64,000 nucleotides of DNA from an uncultured Bacteroidales bacterium (GCA_963779845.1 CAVZZV010000005.1:879427-943426), one strand, 5' to 3'. Counted from the stretch's first letter, positions 36,719-47,492 are shown. Translations and numbers: made by a program. The notes: generated by a model not told the origin, from the letters alone.

Positions 36719-38214
36719 CTATTGATATCCATCATTTTGAACTAAATTTTCATTAGCATCAATTTCAGGTTGTGGAATAGGAAATAAACGGTGGAAGGGT
36801 CTGGCCAGGCTTTTCCCTCTATCCAAAGCATTTTGGATGAACCTGTCGTGTCTAATTAAATCCGGCCTTCTTTTTCCTTCACTGTAAAACTCCCAAGCTC
36901 TTTCATCCAGTATTTTATCTATAAAAGTAGCCTGATCCGGAATATCAGTAAGAGTATAATCTTCTAGTCCCGCTCTATTTCTTACCTCATTTAATAAATC
37001 TAAAGCCTCTTGAGAGACAGTACCAGTGGACATTACCAATCCTTCTGATCGGGTTAACAATATTTGGGAATACCTGATATAGGGTACATCCTGACCTCCG
37101 ATTAGTGGATCTGCCGTATCCTCATCAATAGGGTACTTAAAACTCCTTGGATGATTATATTTATCACCTGTTGGTCCTTCGTTTGGATCAAGTAAGTTTA
37201 CAAAAACCCCTTTACTTGAAATATACTCTGTAAGAATCAAATCAGCTCTTTTATCGTTTGCATCAAAGGTGTGGTAAAATGCATCCTGAATAGTTGACTG
37301 GGTTGCAGCATTTACTACACTGGTAGGATAATCTCCCGGAAGCACATTTCGGGTCCAGTTAGATTCCAACTGGTTCAACGTCTATGTTAGGGAAAACATA
37401 AATCATTTCATTATTACCTTCATTATCCAATGCAAAAATATCCGCATAATTAGGCAATAATTGGTAAACCCCTAAATCAATTACTTCTTGAGCTGTTTGT
37501 GCGGCATCACGCCCATTTTTTTGCATTTAACTGAAACTGGGCCAACACGCCTAAAGCCGAACCACGAGTTGCTCTGCCAAATTCAGTTTGCCGGTACTGT
37601 TGTCGGCAGTAACAGGAGCAGCTGCTGTAAGTTCTGAAATCACGAAATCTTCAATCTCCTGAGTTGAGGCACGTTCCGGAAAAAGTTCATTTGTATTCTC
37701 AGTAATCAAAGGAACTCCTCCAAACCAGTCATAAAGAAAATTATAAGCAGTTGCCCTAAGAAATTTAGCTTCCCCCAGATATCTATCTTTAAATGTCCTG
37801 ACTTAATAATGGATGATCTGGAATCAGCCGTCACCAATATATTTGCATCCCTTATAGCCCTATAGTTTTTACGCCAATAATCCTGGATAACAGCAGTCCA
37901 TGCCCAGGATCAAAACTAAAATCCTGATACTTTCTTAGTGTATTATTATAATAAGATCCAATATAATCTTCAAATACATCTGTCGTGCATTCATTTAAAG
38001 CGATATAGTCGGCGGCACCTCCCCATCCATTTAATTGACCATTGGCATAAGCTGAAGCTAAAAGTGCTTCAATACCTTCTTGTGTATCCAAGAAAGCGTC
38101 CCGAAAATTCAGATTTTGGTTCAATTTCTAACGGTTTTTCACAGCTCGATAGTAAAAAGAGCTAATAAACCTAATGGCAAATACTGAATATCTATTTAAT
38201 AATTTCATTTTCAT
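36719..38214 (-). pseudogene. Decayed SusD-family gene (multiple frameshifts and stops)
   Basis: The start MKMKLLNRYSVFAI (ATG 38212-38214) runs into a stop after 28 codons. Fragments at 37852-38124 (EALLASAYANGQLNGW...) and 36719-37378 (...RYSQILLTRSEGL...WEFYSEGKRRPDLIRHDRF...FPIPQPEIDANENLVQNDGYQ*) lie in different frames. Their closest paralog is 54663-56132. Confidence 0.85.
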
Positions 38215-38221
38215 TTTAGTT

Positions 38222-41200
38222 TTAAAATCCTACATTAATTCCTAATTGAAATATCCTTGATGACGGATAAGGCAGTACGATCTAAACGTAGCTCCTGATT
38301 GCCCCAATGAATTAACATCCGGGATCATATCCTGGATAGTCAGTTATCATGAATAGATTCTGTCCTCCAATAAATACATCAAGAGACTTTAAAAAGTTTA
38401 TATTAGTCCATAGGAACAGCGTATGACAACTGCACATTCTTTAAACGAATAAAAGATGCATCTGATACTAAAAAACTGTTGGATTGCGAACCTCCATATA
38501 AACTTGAAGTTTATTGCAGATGGCCATTTATTAGCTTGGATTTTCCGGAGTCCAACGATTAAGCAATGGTTCTGCCAAGCGGTTTCTATAAGTATCATTT
38601 GGGATAAAGCGCATCATATAGTTGCCCAATTCATCAACTCCTGACCTAAAGCCCCATCAACAAATATATTAAGCTTGAAAATTCTTATAACTGAAGTGAA
38701 TTGTTAATACCGAAGGTGAAATCTGGATAAGGATTACCTAAAACAACCCTATCATGCATCAGTAATTTGGTCATCTTTGTTAACATCCAGCCATATTGGG
38801 TTTCCTGGCACTATAGTTCGGTTGAGCAGCAATAGGGTCCTGTCCTTCTTGAAAAATTCCTATTGCTTTAGTCCCGTAGTACGAATAGAGCGCTTCCCCT
38901 GGTTTAATAAGTGATGATATTGGTCGCATTTATATTGGATAATCTCTGGTATATTACCTAAACTTACTACCTCATTTTTAGAGGTTGAAAAATTTAGATC
39001 CGTTGACCATTGCAAAACCCCGGTCAAATTAACGGTACTAAGCATAACTTCTATACCTGAATTATCAACCTGGCCTACATTACTGGCAAGTATTGAAAAC
39101 CCGGAAGTACTTGGTATTGGCAGGTTAAGGAGTAAATCTTTATTTGACTTTTTATAATAATCGATACTTCCTCTTATTCTGGATTTTAAAAAGCCGAAAT
39201 CCAATCCAAAATTCAGCTGTTCAGAAGTTTCCCATTTTAAATCCGGGTTTGGTATCCTGGAAGGAGATACGCCCGATACCTGTTGTCCACCAATAACAGC
39301 AATAGGCACCTCCTGAATAGGTAGCAAGCGCACGTCCAATTCCAATATCATCGTTACCAAGTTGTCCCCAACCTGCTCTTAATTTTAAATCGGAAATACA
39401 TTGAAGAATCTTTCCAGAAATGATTCGTTTATTTATTCTCCAGGCTCCGGAAAAAGAAAGAGAAATAGCCATATCTCTTATTTGCTCCAAAATTGGAAGA
39501 CCCATCAGCTCTTATTGAAGCTGTAAATAAATACTTATCCTCAAAGCCATAATTAATCCTACCTAAATAAGACAACAATCTACGTTCTGAAGCAAAACTA
39601 CCCACTTGATTTAATGCCTGAGTTCCTATCCCTAAATCATTTGTTTCAATAACATCTGAAGCAAATCCCTGGGTTCCAGCAGAAACGGTCCTATTCTCAA
39701 AAGACTGATAGGTGTTTCCTATCAATGCAGTAAATGAATGCTTATCAGCAAACGTTTTAGAATAGGTCAAAATACCTTCTAGCAGCGTATTTGACAATGC
39801 ACCATCTATAATAGTGGCAATACCTCCTGCAGATTCACCTTGTTGAGATATCCTGTTTGAATAAATATCTTTTCGTTTCGTAGTTCTATCAGACCCTAAG
39901 GTGATTTTAGCTTTTAAATCAGGATGTGATGCTATACTCTCCATAAACATTTATGATGGTACGATTAACCTCTTCTTTTACTTTTTGTCCATTTATTAAA
40001 GCATAAGGACTATCTATAGTTAATGCAAATAATCCCATCTTTATCTGGTCTAAAAACACTACCATCATCATTAAAGATAGGATTAACGGGTGGAGTTATT
40101 CAGTGCCAAATAAACGGCATCACCTTGTTGATTAATGGAAAATCCATTTACAGGAACCTGTTTATTCTTTTCAAACGAAGTATTTAATTTAATTCCAAAA
40201 GTGAATTTATCACTAACCTTTTGATCTAAATTCAATCTGAGCCTGATAACGATTGTAACCTGTATTCTTTATAATTCCTTCCTGATCATAGTAACTAATT
40301 GACGAATAATATGAGGTTCCACCTGATTGTCCGGATAAAGATAAATTATGGCTTTGTGTAGACCCTATTTGCAATATCTCATCTTGCCAGTCTGTTCCGG
40401 CTCCTACAGAATTGATAAAATCATCATCAAAAGGCGCTGTAAAACCTCTTTCTATTTCCAATTGGTTCATAACATCAATATACTCTGACGTACTTAATAA
40501 ATCAATTTTTTTTCTAATCTGGGAAACAGAATAGCTCGTGTTATAATTAAATTTAGGACTAGTACTTGTACCACTTTTAGTAGTAATAAGAACTACACCA
40601 TTAGCCCCTCTTGAACCATATATAGCTGCTGCAGAAGCATCTTTAAGAATTTCAATAGATTTAATATCGGATGGGTTTATTGAATTTAAAGGATTGTTCT
40701 GGGGTAATTGACCGTTAAATCCACTATTTAATTCTCCAGTTGCAGTAGAAACGTTGTTAATCGGAAATCCATCTACAACATAAAGAGGTTCTTGACCTGC
40801 CGTTATTGAACCTGTTCCTCTTATTCTAACAGAAACACCACCACCTGGTGCATGGCTTGATTGTGTAATCTGCACACCAGCAGCCCTTCCCTGTAGCAAC
40901 TGATCTACCGAAACTGGATTGACTTGGTTTAAATCATCTTCGTTAAGCGAAACTACCGATCCTGTTAAATCACTTTTTTCTGATCGTTCCATAACCTATG
41001 GCAACTACCTCATCTAACCCAATAGCATCGGTGGCCAGTGAAAACATCTATGGTGGTTTGGTTGCCCACTGCTATTTCCTGGGTTAACATTCCCACAAAT
41101 GAAAATACCAATATGGCATTTTCAGGAATATTCTCCATGGAATGTACTTCCCGTCCATATTGGTCACTGTTCCAATGGAGGTTCCTTTAAGAACGATCGA

Positions 41201-41654
41201 TACCCCAGGTAGCGGTTGGCCATATTCATCGGTAACAGTTCCGGAAATGGATTTTTGCATGTGAGTCTTACCTCTCTGATTTCATATTACTCGTCATCCA
41301 TAATAACTACATACCGATCAATAACTTCATATCTGACTTTTTCAGGAAGCGTATTGTCCAGAATTTCTTCCACTGTCTTATTCTTTACATCAAGATTAAC
41401 TTTCAGATTTGGATCAAACTTTGAACCCGAAAATGCAAATCTAAACTCTGTCTGATTTTCAATTTCCTGAAACATCTCGCTGATAGGATATTCCAGTAAA
41501 TTTTAAAGTTAGTTTCGTGCTCTGTGAGTAGATACTCGCAGAAACCATCATGGTTGGAAACAATAAAATGAAATGTGGTTAGTTTCATAATTTTTACAAT
41601 TCTTCGAAACAGAGAAAGCTCATCCCCTGTCAGGAAACGTTTTCTTTTTTTCAT
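38222..41654 (-). pseudogene. Decayed, mosaic SusC-family gene (at least six frame disruptions)
   Basis: The ORF track splits it into 41403-41654, 41287-41475, 40213-40992, 39429-39950, 39221-39505 and 38860-39360. The end reads ...PSSRIFQLGINVGF* (stop 38222-38224). The N-terminal STN part resembles 28676-31588 at the DNA level. The plug/barrel resembles 56157-59252 at the protein level. Confidence 0.88.
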
Positions 41655-41777
41655 AAATTTGCGTGTTTTAGTTAATAAAATTGCTGATTAGGTTCTCCTG
41701 CATTCTTTTCACACTTCATTCATTAATTTTGTGTTCTGACCTATATACGTTTGAAAATGAACTTTCCGTGACCGGGG
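40990..41777. repeat. Dispersed repeat partner of 30940-31617 plus 32619-32716, with fecR deleted between them
   Basis: See the L1 copies. The junction ...GTTAATAAAATTG|CTGATTAGG... is at 41677-41690. Confidence 0.8.
41681..41703 (-). pseudogene. Seven-codon 5' stump of a deleted fecR gene
   Basis: The minus strand reads ATGCAGGAGAACCTAATCAGCAA (MQENLIS), identical to the start of 31680-32642. It is fused directly to the susC leader. Confidence 0.8.
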
Positions 41778-41806
41778 TTGTGATGTTAAATCCACAGGGC
41801 AAGTTT

Positions 41807-42367
41807 TTAATTCTTTTTCATCTCCAGGCGAATAAAAGCGAGCGCCTTGCGCAATTGGGTGTCAACTGTATTTACGGAAATGTGTAACTTTAACGCAATT
41901 TCTTTGTAAGACAGTCCTTCGATTTTGTTTAGTTTGAATATATTCTTTCTTTTTTCCGGTAATCTTTCAATCAGTGTAAAAATCATTTTTTCCAACTCCG
42001 AATACTCAACCATTGCAAGCGTATTCAAACCGTTTTTATTCCCCCCATTCAATTGGGAGCAAAATTCTTCCAGGTATTTTTGTTTATGCAATCTCTTTCG
42101 CAAAATATCCACGACCATATTTCTGGAAATCGCAAAAAGATAGATTTCTAATTTTTTATCTTCTTTTATTGATTCTCTGCTTAACCAGAGTTTCAGATAT
42201 ATTTCCTGTAATATGCTTTCACAATCTTCACCCAAGGGCAGCACTTTTAGGAGAAATCCTTTTAACTTTCCTTTAGTTCTGTGAAAAATCAATTCAAAGG
42301 CCATTTCATTGCCACCTCTTAATTGATCAATGAGCTCACGTTCAATATCTTTATCGAATCCTGCCAA
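41807..42367 (-). CDS. ECF-type RNA polymerase sigma-70 factor
   Basis: 186 aa. Region 2 (AFELIFHRTKGKLKGFLLK...ESILQEIYLKLW) and region 4 HTH (LSYKEIALKLHISVNTVDTQLRKAL) are present. The start codon is TTG (42365-42367) with a TAA immediately upstream. Confidence 0.85.
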   Translation of the reverse strand: MAGFDKDIERELIDQLRGGNEMAFELIFHRTKGKLKGFLLKVLPLGEDCESILQEIYLKLWLSRESIKEDKKLEIYLFAISRNMVVDILRKRLHKQKYLEEFCSQLNGGNKNGLNTLAMVEYSELEKMIFTLIERLPEKRKNIFKLNKIEGLSYKEIALKLHISVNTVDTQLRKALAFIRLEMKKN

Positions 42368-42550
42368 TTAGCTCAATTTTAAATTATAGTTAGTAATATA
42401 CTAAGTTAAGAAAGTAATTTTAAAATAAAAAGCTTGTCCTTAAGTTTTTGCATTTCCTGGATGAACCAGTTTAGGTTTTCCGTCTGAGACTCATTTTCCC
42501 GGATTGGTAAAGTAAGAAAAAACAGGAGTCAAAGAACAGACTATCACCTT

Positions 42551-43954
42551 TCATTCAGTTCCTGAGGTTTTTCGGTGCCATTCCAATAACCGCCCTGCCA
42601 GTTTCCCCGCGAGATCATCATGCGATCTTACCAGATTACTACGTTCCCCCGGATCTGAGGATAGGTTGTACAGTTGCAGTCCCGTTGAGTCGGTTTCCAT
42701 CAGCAGCTTCCAGTCTCCTGACCTTATAGCCAGCCTGGGAGAAACATACTCCTCTTTTCCAGGTCGCGGATCGTTGACGTAATACCAGTAAAGATCTTTA
42801 GTGCGCGAAAATGGTTCATCAAACCAGGCGGAGCTTACATCTTCACCGTCTAGTTCCTGATCCAATGGAAGCGGGGCATTGACCAGGCTACATAGAGAGG
42901 GAAAGAGGTCAGCGGCTGAAAAAACCGTTGTGCTATCCCAGGCATTTTCCCTGATGTGCCCAGGCCATGAAATGATAAATGGCATGCGACAGCCTCCTTC
43001 GTAAAGGCTCCATTTTCGACCGAAAAAGGGACCCGTGCTGCCCGGAGGCAGGTATCCTTCCTGGTAATACTCCGGCCAGTCCGTCGGACCGTTGTCGCTG
43101 GTGAAGATGATGATCGTGTTATCAATGATCCCCATTTTCTCCAGCCCGCGGAGGAAACGCCCTATCTCCTGGTCGAGATGGTCCAGTACAGCAAGAAATT
43201 TCTGCTCATAGGGATTGTCCGTAATCCCGGCATATTTTTCCGCCTCTCCCTCTGCCGGAAGTAAAGGATCATGGACATCATAAGTCCAAAGGTTGACATA
43301 CAAGGGCTCTTTTCGGTTCCTGGAGATAAAGTTCAGGGCACTATCCACCCAAATGCCGGTAAGCTGATGTTTGTGATCAACCCAGTATGCCTTGCCAGGG
43401 GTGGTCTGGGCTGATATAGAATCATAATGCTCCCCCACCATACAAAGTTTATCTCCCATACTGTATTTATCGGTCAGAGCCTTATCATATCCGAATTCTT
43501 CCGGCATGGGGGCATCGTCAATGCCTTTGCCGCCACCAATATGCCATTTGCCAAAATGACCCGTCTTATAACCAAGCTTCTTTAATTGTCTGGCCAGGGA
43601 AGGAGCTTCCGGAGGCAGGTAATCCGCCATGTTTCGCTCCAGGTTAGACTCACGGGTAAAAAAATAAGAATTCACCCTCCAGCGCGCAGGAAACTGCCCT
43701 GTAATAAATGACACGCGGGATGGCGAGCAAACGGGAGAGTTGACATAGAACTGGGTATAAGAGGTACCCGTTTCGGCCAGCCTGTCCAGGTTAGGTGTAT
43801 TGATCAATTCATTGCCATAACAGCTCAGGTCCCCATACCCCAAATCGTCAGCTAAAATAAGGATGATATTGGGACGAGGCGCATTTTCATTTGAATTTTT
43901 GGAGAGGCATCCTGTTAAAAGGAATGTTATGAGTATTATCCACGTGTATTTCAT
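42551..43954 (-). CDS. S1-family sulfatase (G+C-rich paralog of 24644-26113)
   Basis: 467 aa. Lipoprotein signal ITFLLTGCLS. Motifs ILADDLGYGDLSCYG and VCSPSRVSFITGQFPARW. Confidence 0.92.
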   Translation of the reverse strand: MKYTWIILITFLLTGCLSKNSNENAPRPNIILILADDLGYGDLSCYGNELINTPNLDRLAETGTSYTQFYVNSPVCSPSRVSFITGQFPARWRVNSYFFTRESNLERNMADYLPPEAPSLARQLKKLGYKTGHFGKWHIGGGKGIDDAPMPEEFGYDKALTDKYSMGDKLCMVGEHYDSISAQTTPGKAYWVDHKHQLTGIWVDSALNFISRNRKEPLYVNLWTYDVHDPLLPAEGEAEKYAGITDNPYEQKFLAVLDHLDQEIGRFLRGLEKMGIIDNTIIIFTSDNGPTDWPEYYQEGYLPPGSTGPFFGRKWSLYEGGCRMPFIISWPGHIRENAWDSTTVFSAADLFPSLCSLVNAPLPLDQELDGEDVSSAWFDEPFSRTKDLYWYYVNDPRPGKEEYVSPRLAIRSGDWKLLMETDSTGLQLYNLSSDPGERSNLVRSHDDLAGKLAGRLLEWHRKTSGTE

Positions 43955-44082
43955 AATTCAAAATGTTTTATGCCTTCTGGTTTACTTCATGTATCTGATT
44001 GCTATGTTAACTTTAGAAGGGATTTCAATGTCCGGGTCGCCTTATAGTTTCTCCCATAAACAATTTCGAATCCTGGAAGTTT

Positions 44083-44118
44083 AAAAAAATAAGATGAAGA
44101 GGAGAACTGTACCCTCTT
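44083..44118 (-). terminator. Hairpin plus T7 run abutting the stop of the GH106-like gene
   Basis: The minus strand reads AAGAGG-gtacagttct-CCTCTT, then CATCTTATTTTTTTAA. Confidence 0.4.
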
Positions 44119-47100
44119 TATCTTTCCTTTGCTAAAATCAATTTTACAGGGCCCAGCAGACCGGAAGGCAACAGAGGATCATCTTTTTGATAGATTCTCC
44201 CCCTTGTGGTCCAGGTAACTCTTTGTGAAGCAGGACGGGGTTCTCCATTAACCATCCATTGAGGCAATTCTTTCGGTAATGATACATTTCCTACTATTTT
44301 CCAATCTACCTCTTCCGGAAAATACTCATCACCAATCATCCGGTTGGGCCAAAGATTAGTCACTTTAATCTCAAGAGTATTCTCTCCTTCATTTAATAAA
44401 TGGGTGATATCAGTCCGAAAAGGAGGTTTCCATAACATCTCCGCTTCCTGGCCGTTAATCAATACCTGAGCCATCTCTTTAACCTCTCCTAAATGGAGTA
44501 ATACATGCATCCCTTTTTTCAGATCTTTTTTATTAACGGGCAATTTTGTTGTATAAGTGGCAGTACCTGAGAAATGTCTGATATTAAAGTCCGGATGTGT
44601 AGTCCAGTCGATAAGTTTATCCAGTTGCAATGGTTCCTGGGGAGCTCCTCCTTCTTTTGGGAATTGCAGAGTCCAGGTCCCCCCAACGGGAATTTCCTCT
44701 TGAGCCTGGATTGAAGGCTCTACCTTTATTACTTTGTCGCTAAAAACAACAAATACAGAACCAAACGGATCAAGATGAAGGTTCGATTTGATCCTATCTT
44801 TACCCTCGGATCCATAAAAAATTGGAGCATATTTTTTACCATTGGCCGGATCCCAGAGTGATATTCTCCTCCCTGCCGGTTGACGAAATCTGGCTTCTAT
44901 GTCAATTGATTTATCTTCCTGATTGGACAGGAAATAGACATCACAATCGGCCATTTGCCGATGAATAAACCAAATTTCAGGATTATTCTCAGTAGAATTA
45001 TAAGTAAAATCGGCGGGAATATTTAATTCATTCATGATACCTTCCAAATTCTCACGGGATACAATTACCTTGTCCTTCCATTTCTCCTGAACAATTTTTT
45101 GAATTTCAGAATCTCCATTTTCCAGTTCATCTATGCCTAAAGAACCAATTGGTAATTGGGGGGTAATCACAACCGCACCCGCCTGAATTAATTCTGTAAT
45201 CCGGCGAACTACTTCAAGGCGTAACCTTTTTTTATCAGGAAGAAGAATTACTTTATAATGCATTCCACCTGGTAATACTATTATTCCCTTCTCCACCCGT
45301 GCATCCAAAAGAGCCTGAAAATCACAACCATCAAAATCATATCCCCGGGGAATAGCAGGTACAAAATCCTCCCTTCGTCCCAGACGACTGGGAACCTCTG
45401 AGCCAATAAACGCTAAAATATCGGCATGAAATTCCCCTTCCTGTAACATGAATTCACATCGGGCAAGATATTTAAACCAAGCTTCCACAGGTCTTCCCCA
45501 CCAGGTATTTCCGCTATTATTGTGCAAACCATACCTACCCATGGTAAAGCCGGGTTTTAGATCCGGATAAGGTTGATGGGCATAGGTGTGAAAAACAAAT
45601 TTATTGACCCCTTCACAAAAGGTTTTATCACCCAGCGCTTTTAAGCTAAAAGGGTGTTCAATCCATGTAGCACTTGCTGGCTTGCTGGTATAAGCCTCGG
45701 TTGCAACTGTTTTTTTCCCAGTTATGTGGGCAGCCGAAGCAGCCACCCTGTTATCCAGGCGAACCCCATCCCATTTGTCAGGACCAGTCCAAAATTCACC
45801 CATAGGTATTTGTGGAATACGTTGATATCTTATGGGATCATATAAGTAAGCAACTCTTCCTGAAGCCTCCCCAACATAGGTTAGCCCCTTTTCTTCTGCA
45901 AATTCAGCAACTACCTGGTAATATTTTTCGATAATCTGATCAGCAAGAAAGTGTCTCCATTCCCATAAAAACCGGTCGCTTTCTTCATATCCTTCAATAA
46001 CCACTCCTTCTGTAAGCAATGGTATCCAGTGGAGAAGATCCAGTCCTTTTTGGGATTGAAATCTTTTATCCAGATCTTTGGTCCACGTTTGAATTCCAGC
46101 CTCCCAACTATCGTTCTCTAAAATCTGAAAGGATTGAAGTCCCTTTTCACTATACCTGTCGGCAAGTATTCCAACAAAATTATCGAGATGAAAGCGGACG
46201 GCATCGGCATCAAATTTATTGACTTCTAACCCAAATCCCTCCTCAGTCGCTTGAACATTCGTTTTTCCTGTACTGGTATAACCAACACGCATAATGGTCC
46301 AATTTCCTTCCGGAACATCCCATTCAAAATGACCATTTTCTTCCAAACCATTGCGAAACACCTGAATCTGATCCTCCGAAACAATGTGATCTTTGGACAG
46401 GTTCATCTGATTATATTCCGGCCCGGGATCCTTAGCTAATAAAGGAGCCTCTCCTCCGTGCTCACGGACTCGTACCCAGCCTGCCTTTGTTTCCCAATAT
46501 TGAACGGCAGTGCATGTGGTGAGTTCCAACTCTGAAATAGATAATTTTTTTCGTGAAAGATCTTTACCTATAAAAGACATCCGGAATATTTTGCCACGGG
46601 TTTCCGGAAAAGTAACCGTAATAGTCCCTTGAGGAGAATCACGGAAACACCAGTTTAAATTAAAAGAAGCGATTTCCCGAAAATCCCTCCCATTTTCAGA
46701 GACTTCCAGGGTGCCAGGTATGGACTGGGGAATATCATAACCTACTATGTCCTTTAAGATCAATGTTTGGGCAGTAACCATCTCCTGAAATTCCATTGTA
46801 ATGGAATTCATTACCGGAACATTTTCAGATTCAAGTATAAAGCTCGCACTGGTTTCACGATTATTGTCAATAAGATTTTTCAATTCAGATTTGGATATAG
46901 TCCCTTCCATGGACACCCCGGAATTGATGCCATTGATCCGTTTTCCATTTGGGGTGGGAAAAGCGATCACCGCAATATCCTGATAATAATCTTCTACAAA
47001 AGGTTTTTCAGGTGTTGAAGGCCGAACCAAGCTGGAAGAAAATCTGACCGGACCCCTCACATTAGTCTTACTCCAGGCAAGTTTTTTCATTGAAAGTTCA

Positions 47101-47492
47101 GGGGTGATCCATGGACCACCAGACATACTCCAACCATCACAATTAAAAATACCCAGCTTTAACCCGAGCCTTTCACACTCCGATGCTGCATGATCAAGCA
47201 TTTCAATCCATTCATCAGTCATAAAACCTGCCTTTCCTTTAGGCATGTCCAACTCTGTATTAAAAATAAGAACAGCTTCTAACCCGGCCCGTTTCATATT
47301 TTCCAGATCATAGCTAATTCCGGTCTTGGTAACATTTCCATTTGCCCAGTGCCACCATGTCCAGGGTTTGGCATCTTCCGGAGGATTGAGAAAAGATTCT
47401 TCCAGTTGTTTCAAAGGCATTGAGTTTTGTTCGGGTCTGGGTTGACATGAGATAATAATTAAACAAAGTATTAAAAAGATAATTGTTTTCAT
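44118..47492 (-). CDS. Large GH106-like glycoside hydrolase (alpha-L-rhamnosidase-type family) with a C-terminal galactose-binding-like domain
   Basis: The ATG at 47490-47492 gives MKTIIFLILCLIIISCQ. The N-terminal signature is FLNPPEDAKPWTWWHWANGNVTKTGISYDLENMKRAGLEA. The C-terminal block is HFSGTATYTTK...LHLGEVKEMAQVLINGQE...LEIKVTNLWPNRMIGDE. I recall both from GH106-type ~1100-aa Bacteroidota enzymes. The assignment is from memory only. Confidence 0.6.
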   Translation of the reverse strand: MKTIIFLILCLIIISCQPRPEQNSMPLKQLEESFLNPPEDAKPWTWWHWANGNVTKTGISYDLENMKRAGLEAVLIFNTELDMPKGKAGFMTDEWIEMLDHAASECERLGLKLGIFNCDGWSMSGGPWITPELSMKKLAWSKTNVRGPVRFSSSLVRPSTPEKPFVEDYYQDIAVIAFPTPNGKRINGINSGVSMEGTISKSELKNLIDNNRETSASFILESENVPVMNSITMEFQEMVTAQTLILKDIVGYDIPQSIPGTLEVSENGRDFREIASFNLNWCFRDSPQGTITVTFPETRGKIFRMSFIGKDLSRKKLSISELELTTCTAVQYWETKAGWVRVREHGGEAPLLAKDPGPEYNQMNLSKDHIVSEDQIQVFRNGLEENGHFEWDVPEGNWTIMRVGYTSTGKTNVQATEEGFGLEVNKFDADAVRFHLDNFVGILADRYSEKGLQSFQILENDSWEAGIQTWTKDLDKRFQSQKGLDLLHWIPLLTEGVVIEGYEESDRFLWEWRHFLADQIIEKYYQVVAEFAEEKGLTYVGEASGRVAYLYDPIRYQRIPQIPMGEFWTGPDKWDGVRLDNRVAASAAHITGKKTVATEAYTSKPASATWIEHPFSLKALGDKTFCEGVNKFVFHTYAHQPYPDLKPGFTMGRYGLHNNSGNTWWGRPVEAWFKYLARCEFMLQEGEFHADILAFIGSEVPSRLGRREDFVPAIPRGYDFDGCDFQALLDARVEKGIIVLPGGMHYKVILLPDKKRLRLEVVRRITELIQAGAVVITPQLPIGSLGIDELENGDSEIQKIVQEKWKDKVIVSRENLEGIMNELNIPADFTYNSTENNPEIWFIHRQMADCDVYFLSNQEDKSIDIEARFRQPAGRRISLWDPANGKKYAPIFYGSEGKDRIKSNLHLDPFGSVFVVFSDKVIKVEPSIQAQEEIPVGGTWTLQFPKEGGAPQEPLQLDKLIDWTTHPDFNIRHFSGTATYTTKLPVNKKDLKKGMHVLLHLGEVKEMAQVLINGQEAEMLWKPPFRTDITHLLNEGENTLEIKVTNLWPNRMIGDEYFPEEVDWKIVGNVSLPKELPQWMVNGEPRPASQRVTWTTRGRIYQKDDPLLPSGLLGPVKLILAKER

